Of a DNA stretch of 64,000 nt, positions 24,693-37,841 are shown in pieces (the first letter of the stretch is position 1; each line of letters starts with the position of its first letter). The notes under the pieces were generated by a model, which saw only the letters and a program-made list of their open reading frames with translations, was not told the origin of the DNA and ran no database searches. The stretch is from assembly GCF_018977255.1 (NCBI RefSeq), contig NW_024704743.1:113462001-113526000 (forward strand), given 5' to 3'. The stretch comes from Callorhinchus milii. Its lineage: Eukaryota. A program made the position numbers and the translations under genes.

Positions 24693-27499
24693 CAATTCAA
24701 ATTCATATCTCGCCCTTCATTTGGGATAACATTGGAGTACTATACTACAAATATATTCTATAAAGGAGAATAAAGTAATGGAACACAAAGAGTAATTCAT
24801 TAAAAAGGGTCACATTTATTCTGTAACTCTTGATTTATACTGTAGTTTCCATTTTCAGCACAAGGTTATCATTACTGTTAAATAGCAACAAAGAAAGTAA
24901 ACAGAACGATTTAACCTTGGCACAGCTTTGGATATTTTACAGCTATAAGTATGTTCACTTTCCACATTTCAAAGTGCAAACCATATACCTTCTGTAAATG
25001 AGCCTGCACACTTGTTAGGTAAATAAGGAGAATCCACTTTAACACTAGAGAATATAAAGGCAGCATAACATCATCCAAAAGGAAAATCTGATATCTCAGG
25101 CTAGTTTTTTCCCAGGAATATTTCTGTACATTCATTAATATCTGTAGATAAATTCCACAAGGCATGCACCTGCAAACTGGTCCGTTCCTGATACTGGCTG
25201 CTTAGACAAATGACGCATTTAGCAATTTTCTCAGAGACGACCATCTGTCAGGAGTTGACATGTGCATTGGGATATTGCAGCCCTCTGTTCTCCATAACAT
25301 AGCACTTATTTTACCCTTGGGTAAACAGCAGTAATGGGCAAATAATTCAGGATTGGATTTGCCGCATCTACCAGCCAAGTTGTGACTGCAGAATTGAACC
25401 ACATCAGGAATGGGGGTGGGAATCTCCAGAAAAGGAGATTATAAAAATACTACAGTGACCACGCTGTTGATACATTCCAGCTGAATCCAGCTACATGCAC
25501 ATCACCGTTAAAAAGAACATGTCAGATAAAGATACCATAAACAGACATTTATGGGAACAAAATGAATGAGCCATTTAAACATATACTATTTATGTACTAA
25601 TTTATGCAGATTTTTCTTTCTCTGTCTATTTCAGCATTTTAGTTTTACCTTTAAATTTGCCTTGCAGCAAGGTGTTTGCGGGATTTTGTCTTAAACACTT
25701 AATTTTTTTCCCTCAGCTGTTTAATCCAATACAACAATTCAGCCTCCAAATCAGCAGGAAACAAATGATTTTTAGTGCCACCAATGCATTTACATTTTAT
25801 TCTGTAACAATATCACAATACACACCTTCTTACATTTGTTTCTTTCTGAACTCTGATTCTCAGAGAAGTGATAATTGATGGTGTAGTTCGTACTTCATTG
25901 GTACCAGTACTTTTCACATTTTTTTTTCTGTGTTTTTTCACTTTTTTCACACATTGTTCTGATGTGAACGGCGCTTTACAAGTGTAATTTGTTGTTGTTA
26001 TTTACTGTGAAATAATTTACTTAAATCTTCCAGGGAACCAGCTCTTAAACTGCATTATATGCTAAAAACTATTGTGCTCTGTGAATAGAAATATGGAATT
26101 ATAAACGCATAGCTCCAAGTTCACCTATTACTTATGTTTAAGAAGATAACAATTTCAGGGTCATTTCCATTAATTTTCTAGAAATAAAATATTCTGTGAA
26201 ATATGATGATATAAATTGTTCCATTGCCTTTAATAGCAATTTCCAGAGCACTCGCTATAAATGTGCCTGTAGAATTTAAAAAATAATATATTCAGTAGGC
26301 TAAAAACAGTCTCTACTTACATTACTTTCCATTTAGAGATGCTACATGACTTTCCTGTTCCATAATTCAATCAAATAATTCTTGCATTTGTTATGTATGT
26401 TAAGGTGGGAGGTCAAAGTTTATAGGTCTGACTGTAGATGGAGATTAGTGATAAAGTTGCTCTAGTTGAGAACAGTGTAAAGAACACCTGTCTCTGACTC
26501 CCAACAGTGCATTAGTTAGAAACATAAGAGTGAAATAATCCTTGGACTAATGAGGCCCAGATGAAAATACTGTTTAACAAGAATGCTTCATTCTTTAAAA
26601 CTCTCTTCTTTTGATTGATGAGCAAATTGCCTGGAATTTCAAAAATGCCTCCCACATTAAAACATAATCCTCATTATTTACATTTATCCAGTCTTGTGTT
26701 CAATACTAAATCCTTGCATAATGAATTAGGTGATGGAAACTTAGATCAATAACCCAAGTCAATAATTTAGCACAATAAGCATACCATTATAGGGAAAACC
26801 AATCCGTTTTACCCACTGAAAAAGTTTTCCATTAACTGAGTGGAAATGATAGCGCTAAAATAAGTTTTTTAAACAACAACTTGCATTTATGTAGCCCTCT
26901 TCATACAGGACACAGACACATGTTTTAAACTAAATAAGTGCAAGCTGTTGATATCCTTTATTTCCCTGATAAACAAGTGACTTTTTATCCAAAGTCTACA
27001 TGTTTCCACGTTTTAATTTAAATTCTGTAAATAATCTGTACATTGCATTCCATCTATTATTCCAATAATCCTTCAAGTTGCAGTAATAATGATGGTGTGC
27101 AACAATATGTAGTTCATAAGCTCTTCCATGGAAGGTTTGTGAAGTTGGGAAGAAATCCTTAGAACTGCAGGTCATGATTGCTGTAAGTGAAACATTCCAA
27201 TAAATTGATCAAAGGAAATTGACTACGAGACAGATACAGTGCATTTTGCATATGTGTCACTCTCAGTGTGGTTTGGATACTCTTAGAGCATGTAAATGTT
27301 TTTTTGCCTGTTTCAGACACACCTGACTGGTGAAAACCAAAAANTCTAAGAAAATATTTACAATACAATTTACAGTTATATAGCGCCTTTCACATCGTGA
27401 GGATGTCTCAAAGCACTTCAAAGTGTTTATATTTGTGATATAAACATGACTATTATCAATGTAAATATTTTGCATTATGTCAAAAGAATAAAAAAAAGT

Positions 27500-27826
27500 A
27501 TGTGTATTATTAAACAGTGATTTAGAATTTCAACAAGTTGTAGGAAAGGTTTAGGAAAATAATTGTGTGTGTTAACTATAGGGTAGAATGATAGAATGGC
27601 AGGGTCAAACAGCCACCTATGGCTCTGACTCTGGCTAAGAGGATGGTTAAAATAATACTTTAATATAAAATACTGATAAGTTTCACAGTATCCCATCATG
27701 TTAGGAAATAACATCATGGGATATAGTATATAGGTAGTTTTGGACATATAGGCATGCAACCGCCAGGAAGGTGGAAGGCAAACTAGATGGACCTTGGTCT
27801 TTTTTTTGTCTAGCATTTCTTATGCT
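27500..27826 (+). mobile_element. CR1 3' fragment
   Basis: Ends gcaaactagatggaccttggtc...tttcttatg, a typical CR1 3' terminus. Confidence 0.55.
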
Positions 27827-30579
27827 AGATAAAAAAAGTCAGTTGGACCAGTTCAGCCACAGAAAATTCCCTCTTAGGTCCCCTGAAGGAAAATATTATG
27901 CTTATGTATTTGTTCAGCTAGTCGCTAGGACTTTGGCTTGAAAGAATGAGAACAGGTCTCCATGTATTATTGATGACAAAGACATGCTGGTCAGCCATTT
28001 ATAATCCTTTGATGACCAAATTGTAACATTTCTCTTGGAGGGGAGTTGTAGTCTCAACCTTGCTCTATGTTGACATATTTCATGAAGAAGGAGCAGAGCT
28101 GAATCTGGAGCTGAATCACTCCTTTGTGGTAGACTCAATGATGACCTGAGCCAAGCCAGGTCTGCAATACTCAAGAGACACTGTTGAAATTGACCAGCCT
28201 ACTTGGCTTTGGTAGCAATTGGATTCTTCCCATTTGTTTCTTGATATGCTCTTATGCTCTGGGTGCTACTAACTGGACAAGTATGGAAAGCTAACAAGTA
28301 TCTCAAACTAGCAAATGAACTGTGTTAAGTATTCACTTCCCGCAATACCTGAAAGTACAATTATCACAATATACAAATGTACTCTGATTGTGTGACATTA
28401 GTAGGTGGGAGTGGGCATCCGTATGCAGAGGAAAAGGCTTCTGTGCCTCATATGCTCGGCTAAACAAATAAGAAAAAAAACCTTGTATAATCACTGACCA
28501 GCATGAATTTCTCATTATTATTATTATTATTATTATATATTTCTCCTTGGAGTCAGTTCAGCCACAGAAAATTCCCTCTTAGGATCCCTTAAGGAAATTA
28601 TTGTGCCCACTGACAACCAATGGTAAAACAAAAGATATTCAGATTCTGGGCACAGTTTCTCATTTTTATTCCTCTGGTAAAAAAAATGCATGTTAAACCA
28701 GCTATTGGGGAACTGGAGTCAAAACTGCAATGTTTCACGTCCACAATGAATCTGTTATGAAAGAGCATATGTTTCACCCTAATATTAGATACACCATGAA
28801 GTTGCTTATTAAGGATAGTCCACAGGAGCAACATTGAGTCTACACCAGCAAGAATACACTAGTGGATGCACATGGACAGACTGACAAGTTTTATGTTAAC
28901 AATTTGGAATGAAAATAACCATATCCACCACTAAAATATTATTTAAACACAGCTGTGTCATCTTTAAAATTCTTGCTCAAGACTCGAGTAGTTTTAACTC
29001 TTGAAGTTGATTCAACCTGCTGTAAACATGGCCAGCTGTAAAAGGGCTAATGGTGCATTAAGCCAGCTTTTCAAAGGGAGCATTTTGAATGTTATAAAAT
29101 GCCCTGGGACTGGGCTTGCTGTCCGCTTCTAATTTCCAAGTTTACTGTTTTGTTGTTTTAAATAAACTCTCCGCTAATACTCATCTGTCTGAAGCATGTC
29201 TGAGCAGCAGAGCAAAGGCCAAGATTCTTTTGCTTCAACACTTGTTCCAGATTGCTTTATTCTGCATTTATTTACAAAACAAAGATGGAAGCTCTACAGC
29301 TCATTTCAAGCAAGGCTCAAATCTGACTTATTTCCGTAGACAGAAAAGATTTCCTGGCAGCTGACAATAGCCACCAAAATCTATGGCAATTTGCTTCAGA
29401 TAATTAGCATTATTAATTATCATGACAATTTGCTTCAGATAATTAATATTATTAAAGCTATGACTTGGTTGCAAGGTATTAGGTGATGAACCTCACTAGA
29501 AAATTGTTGATGGGAACTCAGACTGGAGCACAAAGAACAATATATTCACTTCTTGCAGATCGGTTAGTGTTTTACAGACAAGGTTATGATTTCTGTTCAG
29601 TGGAAGTGACTGCTAAACAGTCCTTTTTATAACTGAATCTGCGTGTAGTGTGAGCAAGGTCCAGACATAGAGATCCTGAATGGAAATACATGGGGTGAAA
29701 AAATGCGATATGTAGAAATTATCAATGAAGGTAATCATCACAAGATAATTATCACGAAACTGAAAATTGCAGTTCTTACTTACCAGCGGGTTTGAGTGTG
29801 AACACAATGCCAGAGCCTGTCTCTATGGTTTAGCTTAAAAACAGCCAAAGCCTCCAATGAATGCCATTTTTGTTTGCCTACAATACACAGTCACTACACT
29901 GCACAGTAAAGCTGTGATGTTTCAATTACATAATAAGGGTCTGTACCAAATGCAAGGATTATTATTTTTATTGTTGTCCAACCTCCAGCACTCTGCAAGG
30001 AATCAGCAGCATTGGTTCTAGTAATGTAACTCTACCAATCTTCCAAAACAGTGCTTCATTCACTTCCTAAACACAGGTGGAGATAGTTGCTTCTCCAATC
30101 ACTGCCTAATAACTGCAAAAACACAGTAGCCAGACAATTCACAGCCATAGATGGAGCAACTGGAGATACTAAAGGTCTCATTAAGTCATCGTTCATTATT
30201 CCTCACACCTCCTTTAAAGCTTCCCTGAATAGTCCAATTCTTTGGGCGAGGTTCTCCAAGAGGCCAATAAAAATATTCGCTGTTGAAAATCTCCCTTTAT
30301 TTGTCCTACTCTTTCACATCTTTCTTCATCCTATTCTTCCTCCAGAAGGATAAATCTGTATCTGCAGCTGTCAGTGCATGCGGATGTTGTTTCTCTTGCA
30401 TCAGGTAAATGGTTATGGATTAAGTCCGGTTCTCACTGTGATTTATAGAACACCAGTTGAGTATGCCACTCTTTGCAACACCACCAGTTAATTGGAATAG
30501 ACTCTCCAATAATTGACTCAAATGCTACTTCTACTCCATCATTAATAAAAGATTACCATGGTGTTAAATCTGTCAGAGA

Positions 30580-30860
30580 GCTCCAGGATGGCTGAGTGAA
30601 TAAATATTGTTGTGTCTCAATCAGAGAGACCAAATGGTCACAGGGTCAGTTCCATTCTGTGCAGAGTGACCTGATCCCTGCTCGTGCAGTAGTAAGAGCA
30701 CTACAATAGTCCTGAATGTTCCTACTACTGCAGAAGGAGAAAAAAACATTCAATAAGTTCTCCTAGAAAGTGACATGGATGTTGATGAGAATAGAATTGG
30801 ATGTGGCTATGAGATCCATTCACAATTCCCATTTGATGTTTGTCATCTGATTATCCACTT
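30580..30860 (+). mobile_element. Ancient tRNA-derived SINE (LF-SINE-like, tentative)
   Basis: Head ggatggctgagtg and body ctgtgcagagt...cactacaat...tggatgtggctatga. Related decayed copies occur near 880-995 (+), 11070-11230 (-), 33480-33830 (-) and 45060-45150 (-). Confidence 0.45.
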
Positions 30861-30889
30861 AACTGTGAACTGCTTAATCAATATTCATT

Positions 30890-31350
30890 TAATTATCATT
30901 CCATTTGATTTAGCACCTTATCACATAAAAACGTCTCAAACTGGTTCACAGTGTTTTTTGTAAGTAAACAATAAGTATCAAGTAACTATGATAGCCAATT
31001 TTGCACTCATCAACTATGAGGTGAATGAGTATTGTTGGCTTGACCAAGACATTGGAAGAAAGAAAAGACTACTTTCTCTTTTCGAGTTATGCCATGGGAT
31101 CTTTAACGTCCACGTAAGCATGCAGATAGGACCTTGGTTTAACAGCTCATCCGAAGGACGGCACCTGCAAAATACAGTGCTCATCAAGTACTGCAAGTGC
31201 TCTGAGATGCCGTCCGACATGGAGGGCACTATATAAATGCAAGTTGTTGTTTTTGTTGGCCTGTCAGCTCAGACTTTATACTAAAAAAGGATATGAAACT
31301 ACAACCTTCTAACTTAGAGACAGGAGTGCTGAGCCAAGCCGAGCCAAGCT
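30890..31350 (-). mobile_element. DeuSINE-like copy with an embedded L2-type tail
   Basis: tgccatgggatctttaacgtccac...ccttggtttaac..ctcatccgaaggacggcacct is the reverse complement of the Deu core. Confidence 0.7.
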
Positions 31351-31378
31351 GAGCCTCTCATATATTACCATGACCTTT

Positions 31379-31758
31379 GGAGTCCTATAGCTCAGTGGTT
31401 AAACCACTCGCCTCACAAGCGAAAGACCTGGATTTGATTCTCGGCAGGGCAAAATGTTATGCAACTTTCCTTACTCCACGTGCCTGTTTACCTAGCAGTA
31501 AGTAGGAACCCAGTTGTTAGTCAATTGGCGGATCGCTTTTCTGGGGGTAATAATTCCTTTAAAAAAATATAATAATGGATTGGTCACTTGAATCCATGAC
31601 TGTTTGTGGGACACTGCCGTGTGCAATTGGCTGCCACATTTCGCCCACAAAATATACAGTCAATTCACTTTACAGTATATTCTGTGAGGTGCTTTGAGAT
31701 GTCTCGAAGATGTGATAAAACTCTATAACAAATGCAAGGATTATTATATTATTATTAT
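31379..31758 (+). mobile_element. Young tRNA-headed SINE, long variant, full length
   Basis: Head, an extra ~60 nt internal block (gtttacctagcagtaagtaggaaccc...ggcggatcgc...gggg), then the tail. Confidence 0.9.
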
Positions 31759-33610
31759 GACCACCCTGATCCCTGTAATAAGCTTGGACTGCATTTTTAG
31801 TCAATGTGAAATTATCACTATGAATTATCATATCACATGCCATCTACATTAGTGCAACTGCCAGCTGATTCTGTAAGTGAAAAAGCTTTAAATACTATCA
31901 AAACAGCATTCCATTAGTCTTATCAGAAGTCAGTAAAGTCCCTTGCATTGCTCTTGAGCATAAAATATGTTAACATTTGATGGTAGCATGTTATGATGGT
32001 AACATGTTATGATGGCAAGGCAACGTTTAGAGCTTTGTGTCCACACAAGCCCTGATCGCATGAAGGAAAATGAGTCAGGATCATTTACAAAGTTGACTAA
32101 GGTTCAATAATACTAAACTTGGATTTGGTAATACACAGGATAGCGCTAAGCATGGCTGGAATTTGAACACTGTTGAATTAGCCGCACATACTTGGAAGGG
32201 GCTGACATTTAATTAACACCCTTGAGCGTAGGTGTAAATGAGCTCAGTGAATGTTTAATTGATTCCAAATTCTCTTCCTGGTTCCAAAAGCAACAATATT
32301 TTCCCTCAAATAAAGTGTGTAACACAACCAACGACCTGTCTGTGAGTTATCACCTCTGATTGACAGAATAGAGGAATATAATAAGCCCCTTTAGGATCTT
32401 AATTCTAGAGAACAGCAGCAAGCTTAATGTGCAATCCTTCACATTCACCTGGCATTTAATCACACTGAACTGGCTGCTCCCTTTGCTAAACGAACCCTGG
32501 CCTGCTTTATGCCCCCCACCCTATCCACGCCAATCTCTTGGAATGCCCCAAAAGAAGTTTGCTGTTAGATCTCAATATTAATTAAACCTCATATTTGTTT
32601 TGTAGCCGGCTTCAAGCAAAGAACAATGCAAATTAAACCTTGTGTAAGGCAATCATTTTATATTAAATATTGCACATGTTTGCTACACGTATCCTAAAAT
32701 GGAAACAGCCTCATTAAACTTTTTTTTAGGTCATCAGTTGATTACATTATGATTTAAGGACTCCTAAAATGTTATGGCTTTCATTGAATCATGTCTGGCA
32801 GAGGCCTAGCTCTCTGTACACCAATCAGCTCCATGTTTACTGCAATTTACAGCAAATGCCTGTTATGCACTTACTTTCCATTACTACCAAAGTGAGGAAA
32901 ACCTCTTTACTACTCGAATGTGGCTCTGCCAACAATTACCTAATAGGACATCTGCTCTGAGCATAATAATAAAACTTTACATCCGACCTAAATGAAGTCT
33001 TGAATAGGATCATGTTACTTACACTAGCAGTATTTTTCTTGCTGGCATACAACACAACAAAACGTTAATGATACTTTAAATTAGTACAACACCTCTATTG
33101 GTAATATAATGAAGCCATGTCAAAAAGTTTATTGCTTGTTTAAATGCTTGCAATGAAAATGTATTTTATGGCTGAAATAAAGCAGTACTGTAGCTATTTA
33201 CCTCTGAACATTGTATGGTTCTGTGTATCAATCTGCATAATGCTGTTTGACAGATATTTTATTTGAACCATGTTTACACCCCAGCCTTCAAACTGATATG
33301 GGGACTAATTTGCAATATTTCTTTTTGAGCATCATGAGACTTTACCCCATGTGAAGGGTGCTAGCTAAATGCAAGTTCTTGTTGTTGTTTATAACTTTAG
33401 TGTTTCCACTTATATTTTTCTAATTATCTCCACGTTGGCACATACCTCTCTGTTCCTGGCCTGCACTTGCTCGGGTGCAGTGACACTGGTACTTCACTAT
33501 TGTTCATGTGAGTGTTGGCAGTGAGTACTGGTGGGTTCATTAGACTGTAGTGGGCTAGGAATTTAACCTCGCTATGCAGCCATGGCCGAGATTAGCAAAC
33601 AGTATAGACT

Positions 33611-33750
33611 GAGTTCTGACGATAGGTCATCGACCTGAAATGTTAAGTTACTTCCCTCTCTCCATAGATGTTGCCTGACCTGCTGACTGTTTTCAGGGAC
33701 ATCTGTTTTATTTCAGATTTCCAGCATCTGCAATATTTTGTCGTTTTTTT
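33611..33750 (+). mobile_element. Penelope-like element terminal fragment with a decayed minimal hammerhead ribozyme motif
   Basis: CTGACGA-t-AGGTC-atc-GACCT-GAAA, followed by ...agatgttgcctgacctgctga...tttcagatttccagcatctgca. It is flanked by imperfect 10-nt direct repeats agtatagact/agcatggact. Confidence 0.7.
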
Positions 33751-36109
33751 AGCATGGACTAGGATTCGAACGAGTGAGCTCCTGGTCCGGAAACTGCAGC
33801 TCTATTTACTGCAACACTGGAGCTGCTCCCTTTGCAGTATTTATTAACATAATTCCTTAATAAGGAGTACTGCCAACCTCAGAACCCTGCTGTGTAAGTA
33901 GAATGGAATGATACAAAGTTCCTGCAGGTTGACAAGAATATAAAAATATCACTTTTGCGCAACTTCTTACTAAGGATTCACATTAGGAAAACAACATGAA
34001 TTTGATCCCCCTAGGGTTTGCCATATACTCCTACTGCATCTGTTAAGAAAATCCCAAATCATGCATACACTTTTTAGAGTGAAAGATTTGTTAAAAACAT
34101 GGGAGAATTTTTTTAAAAAAAACTTTTTTTGAGGAACCTATAATAAGCAGTGCTGTATCTAATGAGTTCAAGAGTTACCAAACGAACAACACTTCAATTG
34201 TTGTCTATACAATATTTCTCATCTTTCACTTTCTCAGTCTGCAGGAATGTTTTCTGTTTCAAGAACACAGGCTCATACATTCAATTAATCCTTGTGCTCT
34301 AAAACACACAGCGTAAATGGTTTGCAATGAAAACATGAAATCAGCCGGCATCATACACTCCACTTGTTTTTGTAAAATGGTCATCCTTGAACTCTGTCAT
34401 CTGTGGTGGTATTAGTTTCCAGCTTTCACTAAGCTGCATGATCTAGAGAACATAAGCATTTGGCAAGATTCCCATTGAAAATTGCTTAGATAATTCTAAT
34501 GTGCAGTAGTATATCTTTTTCTCAGAGGACCCTATTACTTATAGTATCCACATGCTACTAAGAGAAGTGAAATAAGCATTTTGAAATTTAATGTACAGAT
34601 AAACCACATCTTAAAAATAAAAGATCTGTTTCAGAGACGGCATCCTGCTGTTAGTTATATAAACAGTTATTATAGTTATTGTAAAATGTTAATAAATAGT
34701 GGTGTCTTACAGTTCACTAAGGCTATAGAGATTATTGGTTTCTCACTTCACTGAGAGGAAAGTGGTAAATCTCTAAGTTATTTATTTTATCCTGCTACCA
34801 TGAATGGTTTTAATGGATTTTCATATGGATCACCAGCATAGTAGCAAAGTTTCCACCGGCCAGCATGAGGTGCTTTCAGTTACCAGACAGGTTTCTCAAT
34901 CCTCAGATTATTAACACTGACCATTGCTGGACCTCACCCAGAAATTACACAGTCACTCCACTTTACAATATACACTGTGAAGTGGTTTGAGATGTCTCAA
35001 TAACGTGATAAGATGCTATATCAAATGTCAGGATTATTATTATTATAAAGTGCGCATGTACATGGATATCAGATAAAAATGGAACCATAATGGCTTTGAT
35101 GTTCCCTTCATGGTTGACCTATTGTTAATATTCACTATCTTGGCAGACACATAAACGATAGTTACTTGGGTAATGTACTAGAAGGCTGTAATTATCTGTG
35201 GAACCATATCCCAGCAAGAGTGAGTACCATTGCCAACATTGGATGCCCTGAATAGTAAAAAGATTCATCCCTCTGCACTGACAAAGCTGAAGTTGAAGAG
35301 TACAACTGAACAAAGTGGATTAATAAAAAAGGAATTAATATTACTCCATCCAGCAATTCACTCTCATGCCGTCACCAAGACGTTTAAAGGAAAGAAAACA
35401 AAATTGAGTTTGAATTCCATTGAGGGTTGTCATTAGTTGATTCAAAGCCAAACATAATGCACAGAGTGGAAAATAACCTTGAAATGTTTTAAATTCAAAT
35501 TATGGAGCTCTTGCATTAACTTTGCCTATTCCTTTTTCTGCAACGATTCCAAAATAAATACGTCAAATTAGTCATAATCTATAAAAGAGGTATGAAAGTG
35601 TTTCTGTAAACAACTTTTGTTGTCCAGGATGAATTGAACCTAACAGTAGGAGAATATCTTTTTCCATAGCAAAGAAGTTGGCAGTGATCTCCCTCGGAGA
35701 CAACATTACACTTATCTGACATTTTCATTGCAAAATAACTACAGTTACCTCTTTATTACACTAAACCAAGTATGTGACTATCCTCTATATCAGGGAGGTA
35801 CATTGTATTTTTTGGTGGTCTCCTTCAATCTATGTGTTGATTGAATTCTATACCCTTCAGGTGTTATGAGCAATTGTGATTGATTGCAAAGGGAACCACA
35901 AGAATAATCAGTCACACCTTCCACTCTTGATGTACCCTCATGTTGAGAAATGTTTGCTGTACCTCCCTCTGCTGGACCTGCTGGTTTCTGAAGAATCATC
36001 ACCAGATCCTCAACCAACAGAGAACTAGCGCGATCTGTATTATGCAAGTGATCTGCGAGTTGCACCCTCCAGATACTGCAACATGCGAAGGGATGTAACT
36101 CACCAGAGA

Positions 36110-36700
36110 GGTTTGGATGAAACAAGTTCTTTAGCCTATTTAATTTAATTCTTCCAGAATACCCACTTTCCCATCTTTCCATCATGTCATCAAGCTGATT
36201 TTTAAGTATATCCAGTGTACCGGCCTCAATTTGTTAACCTATTTCAGCCATTCTTTATTTCTGGGGGTATCCTCTTACCCTCTGGGTAAATAACTATTTC
36301 CTGGTAAAACCTGAAAATGCCCTTTGCAATCCTAAATCTGTGTCCCTTTTTCTGCTGTCTCAGTCCATCTGCAAGTATTATTCTGCGTTCAGTTTTTTAA
36401 TCCAATTTAAATTATGATACAATGTCTCTCTAATGCCCCCTCCGAGATGCCTCCTTTCAAGACTGAAAAGCCCTTCATGGTTCATTTCTCTAACATTGGA
36501 AATTATCCTCTCTGCATCTGTACAAGAGTTCTCTTACATTAAATCATTTATCCCTTACTCATCTGCCCAGACTTCTGGTCCCTCCCCTGACATTACTTGG
36601 TTCAAATCAGATTGTGGCCTACGCTATTTGTACAATTCATGTCAATCTTAGTCTTATATCAATGCTTATAAGAACAAGTGTCCCAAAACTCACTCTGGCA
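36110..36700 (-). mobile_element. Old CR1 3' fragment
   Basis: Decayed minus-strand CR1 DNA (aaatctgtgtccc, cctcctttcaagactgaaaagccc). Confidence 0.5.
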
Positions 36701-36771
36701 TCCTTCATCAAAACCAGCAAAGAAATGACCCTTTACCCAGGACCAAATGTGCTCTTGTTGGACAGTGGGGT

Positions 36772-37129
36772 AATAATAATAATAATAATTAATAATAGTC
36801 CTTGTATTTGATATAGTGCACAATCATATCTTCAAGACGTCTCAAAGGGCTTCTCAGAAAATACTATAAGTGAATTGGCTGAGCACAGCAGTGTCCCACA
36901 AATAGCCGTGGATTGAGTGACTAAATTATTATATTTTTTTAAAAAAGTAAGGGATTATTACCTCCGGAACAGCGATCCGCCAATCGACTAACAACCATGT
37001 TCTTGCTTACTGCTGGGTAAACAGGCATGTGGATAAGGAAACTCGCCTAACATTTTGCCCTGCCAGGAATTGAACCCAGCTCCTCTCGCTTGCAAGGTGA
37101 ATGCTCTAACCAATACGCTACAGGACTCC
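36772..37129 (-). mobile_element. Young SINE, long variant
   Basis: Reverse complement of the 31379 copy, with a small deletion in the tail. Confidence 0.9.
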
Positions 37130-37841
37130 ACAAATAATAAAAATCCTTTCAATACTCCCTTTCCAGAGGCAAGAGAATTAAAGAGGAATGTTACTGATTG
37201 AATTTCTCCCAGATCCCTACTTTCAATTTACGGTTTCCGTGAAAGGATCACAAGAATTTCCAAACAGCAGCAACTCTCATCCTGAGTGCGGCCTTCAGAA
37301 GGCCCCAATTCTGAAGAATTTCTTTATTTATCAATTCGCTTTTAAAGTACAATTTACTCTGGTTTAGAGAGCTCAAACGCTGAGACCAACATTTTGTTTT
37401 AAAAATATCATCTATATTTTTGTTCCTGTTTTCTTTTAAATACCTTTTTATGTAATTATTTCAGTGGGGTGTGAGTAGGGAGGGAGCAGAGGGAGGTTAA
37501 AAGCCCATTAGTACAGCGTATAAAGAATGCCCGGATTGCTTTAAAGCTTTATATTCTGATTTATTCAGAATTTACAGAACAGCTGTTTCACATCACAAGC
37601 CTCTGTGCCCATGGTGTAAATTAATTCACTCCGAAGGCAGATCAGAACAAAGGCTGTTAGCCTCCCAGGGCTGGTTAAAAACTATCTCAGGAACAAATGG
37701 CTTCAGATTCAGCTGGTGTACACAATTCAATGTGCAGCCCTGCTCCTGTCCTTCTTGACTTTCCATTCCTTCCACTGTACATAACTTTACATAAATCATA
37801 TATGATTCGACTTAAGCACATTTTACACAACTCATACTTTG

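Noticed and set aside
31979..32015. Short 16-nt tandem duplication (gatggta.catgttat)
   Set aside because: An ordinary slippage duplication with no supporting context.
35790..36185. 131-aa minus-strand ORF with a faint resemblance to an LTR-retrotransposon integrase C-terminus
   Set aside because: Its start overlaps a CR1 tail and no diagnostic motif is present. A profile search would be needed.
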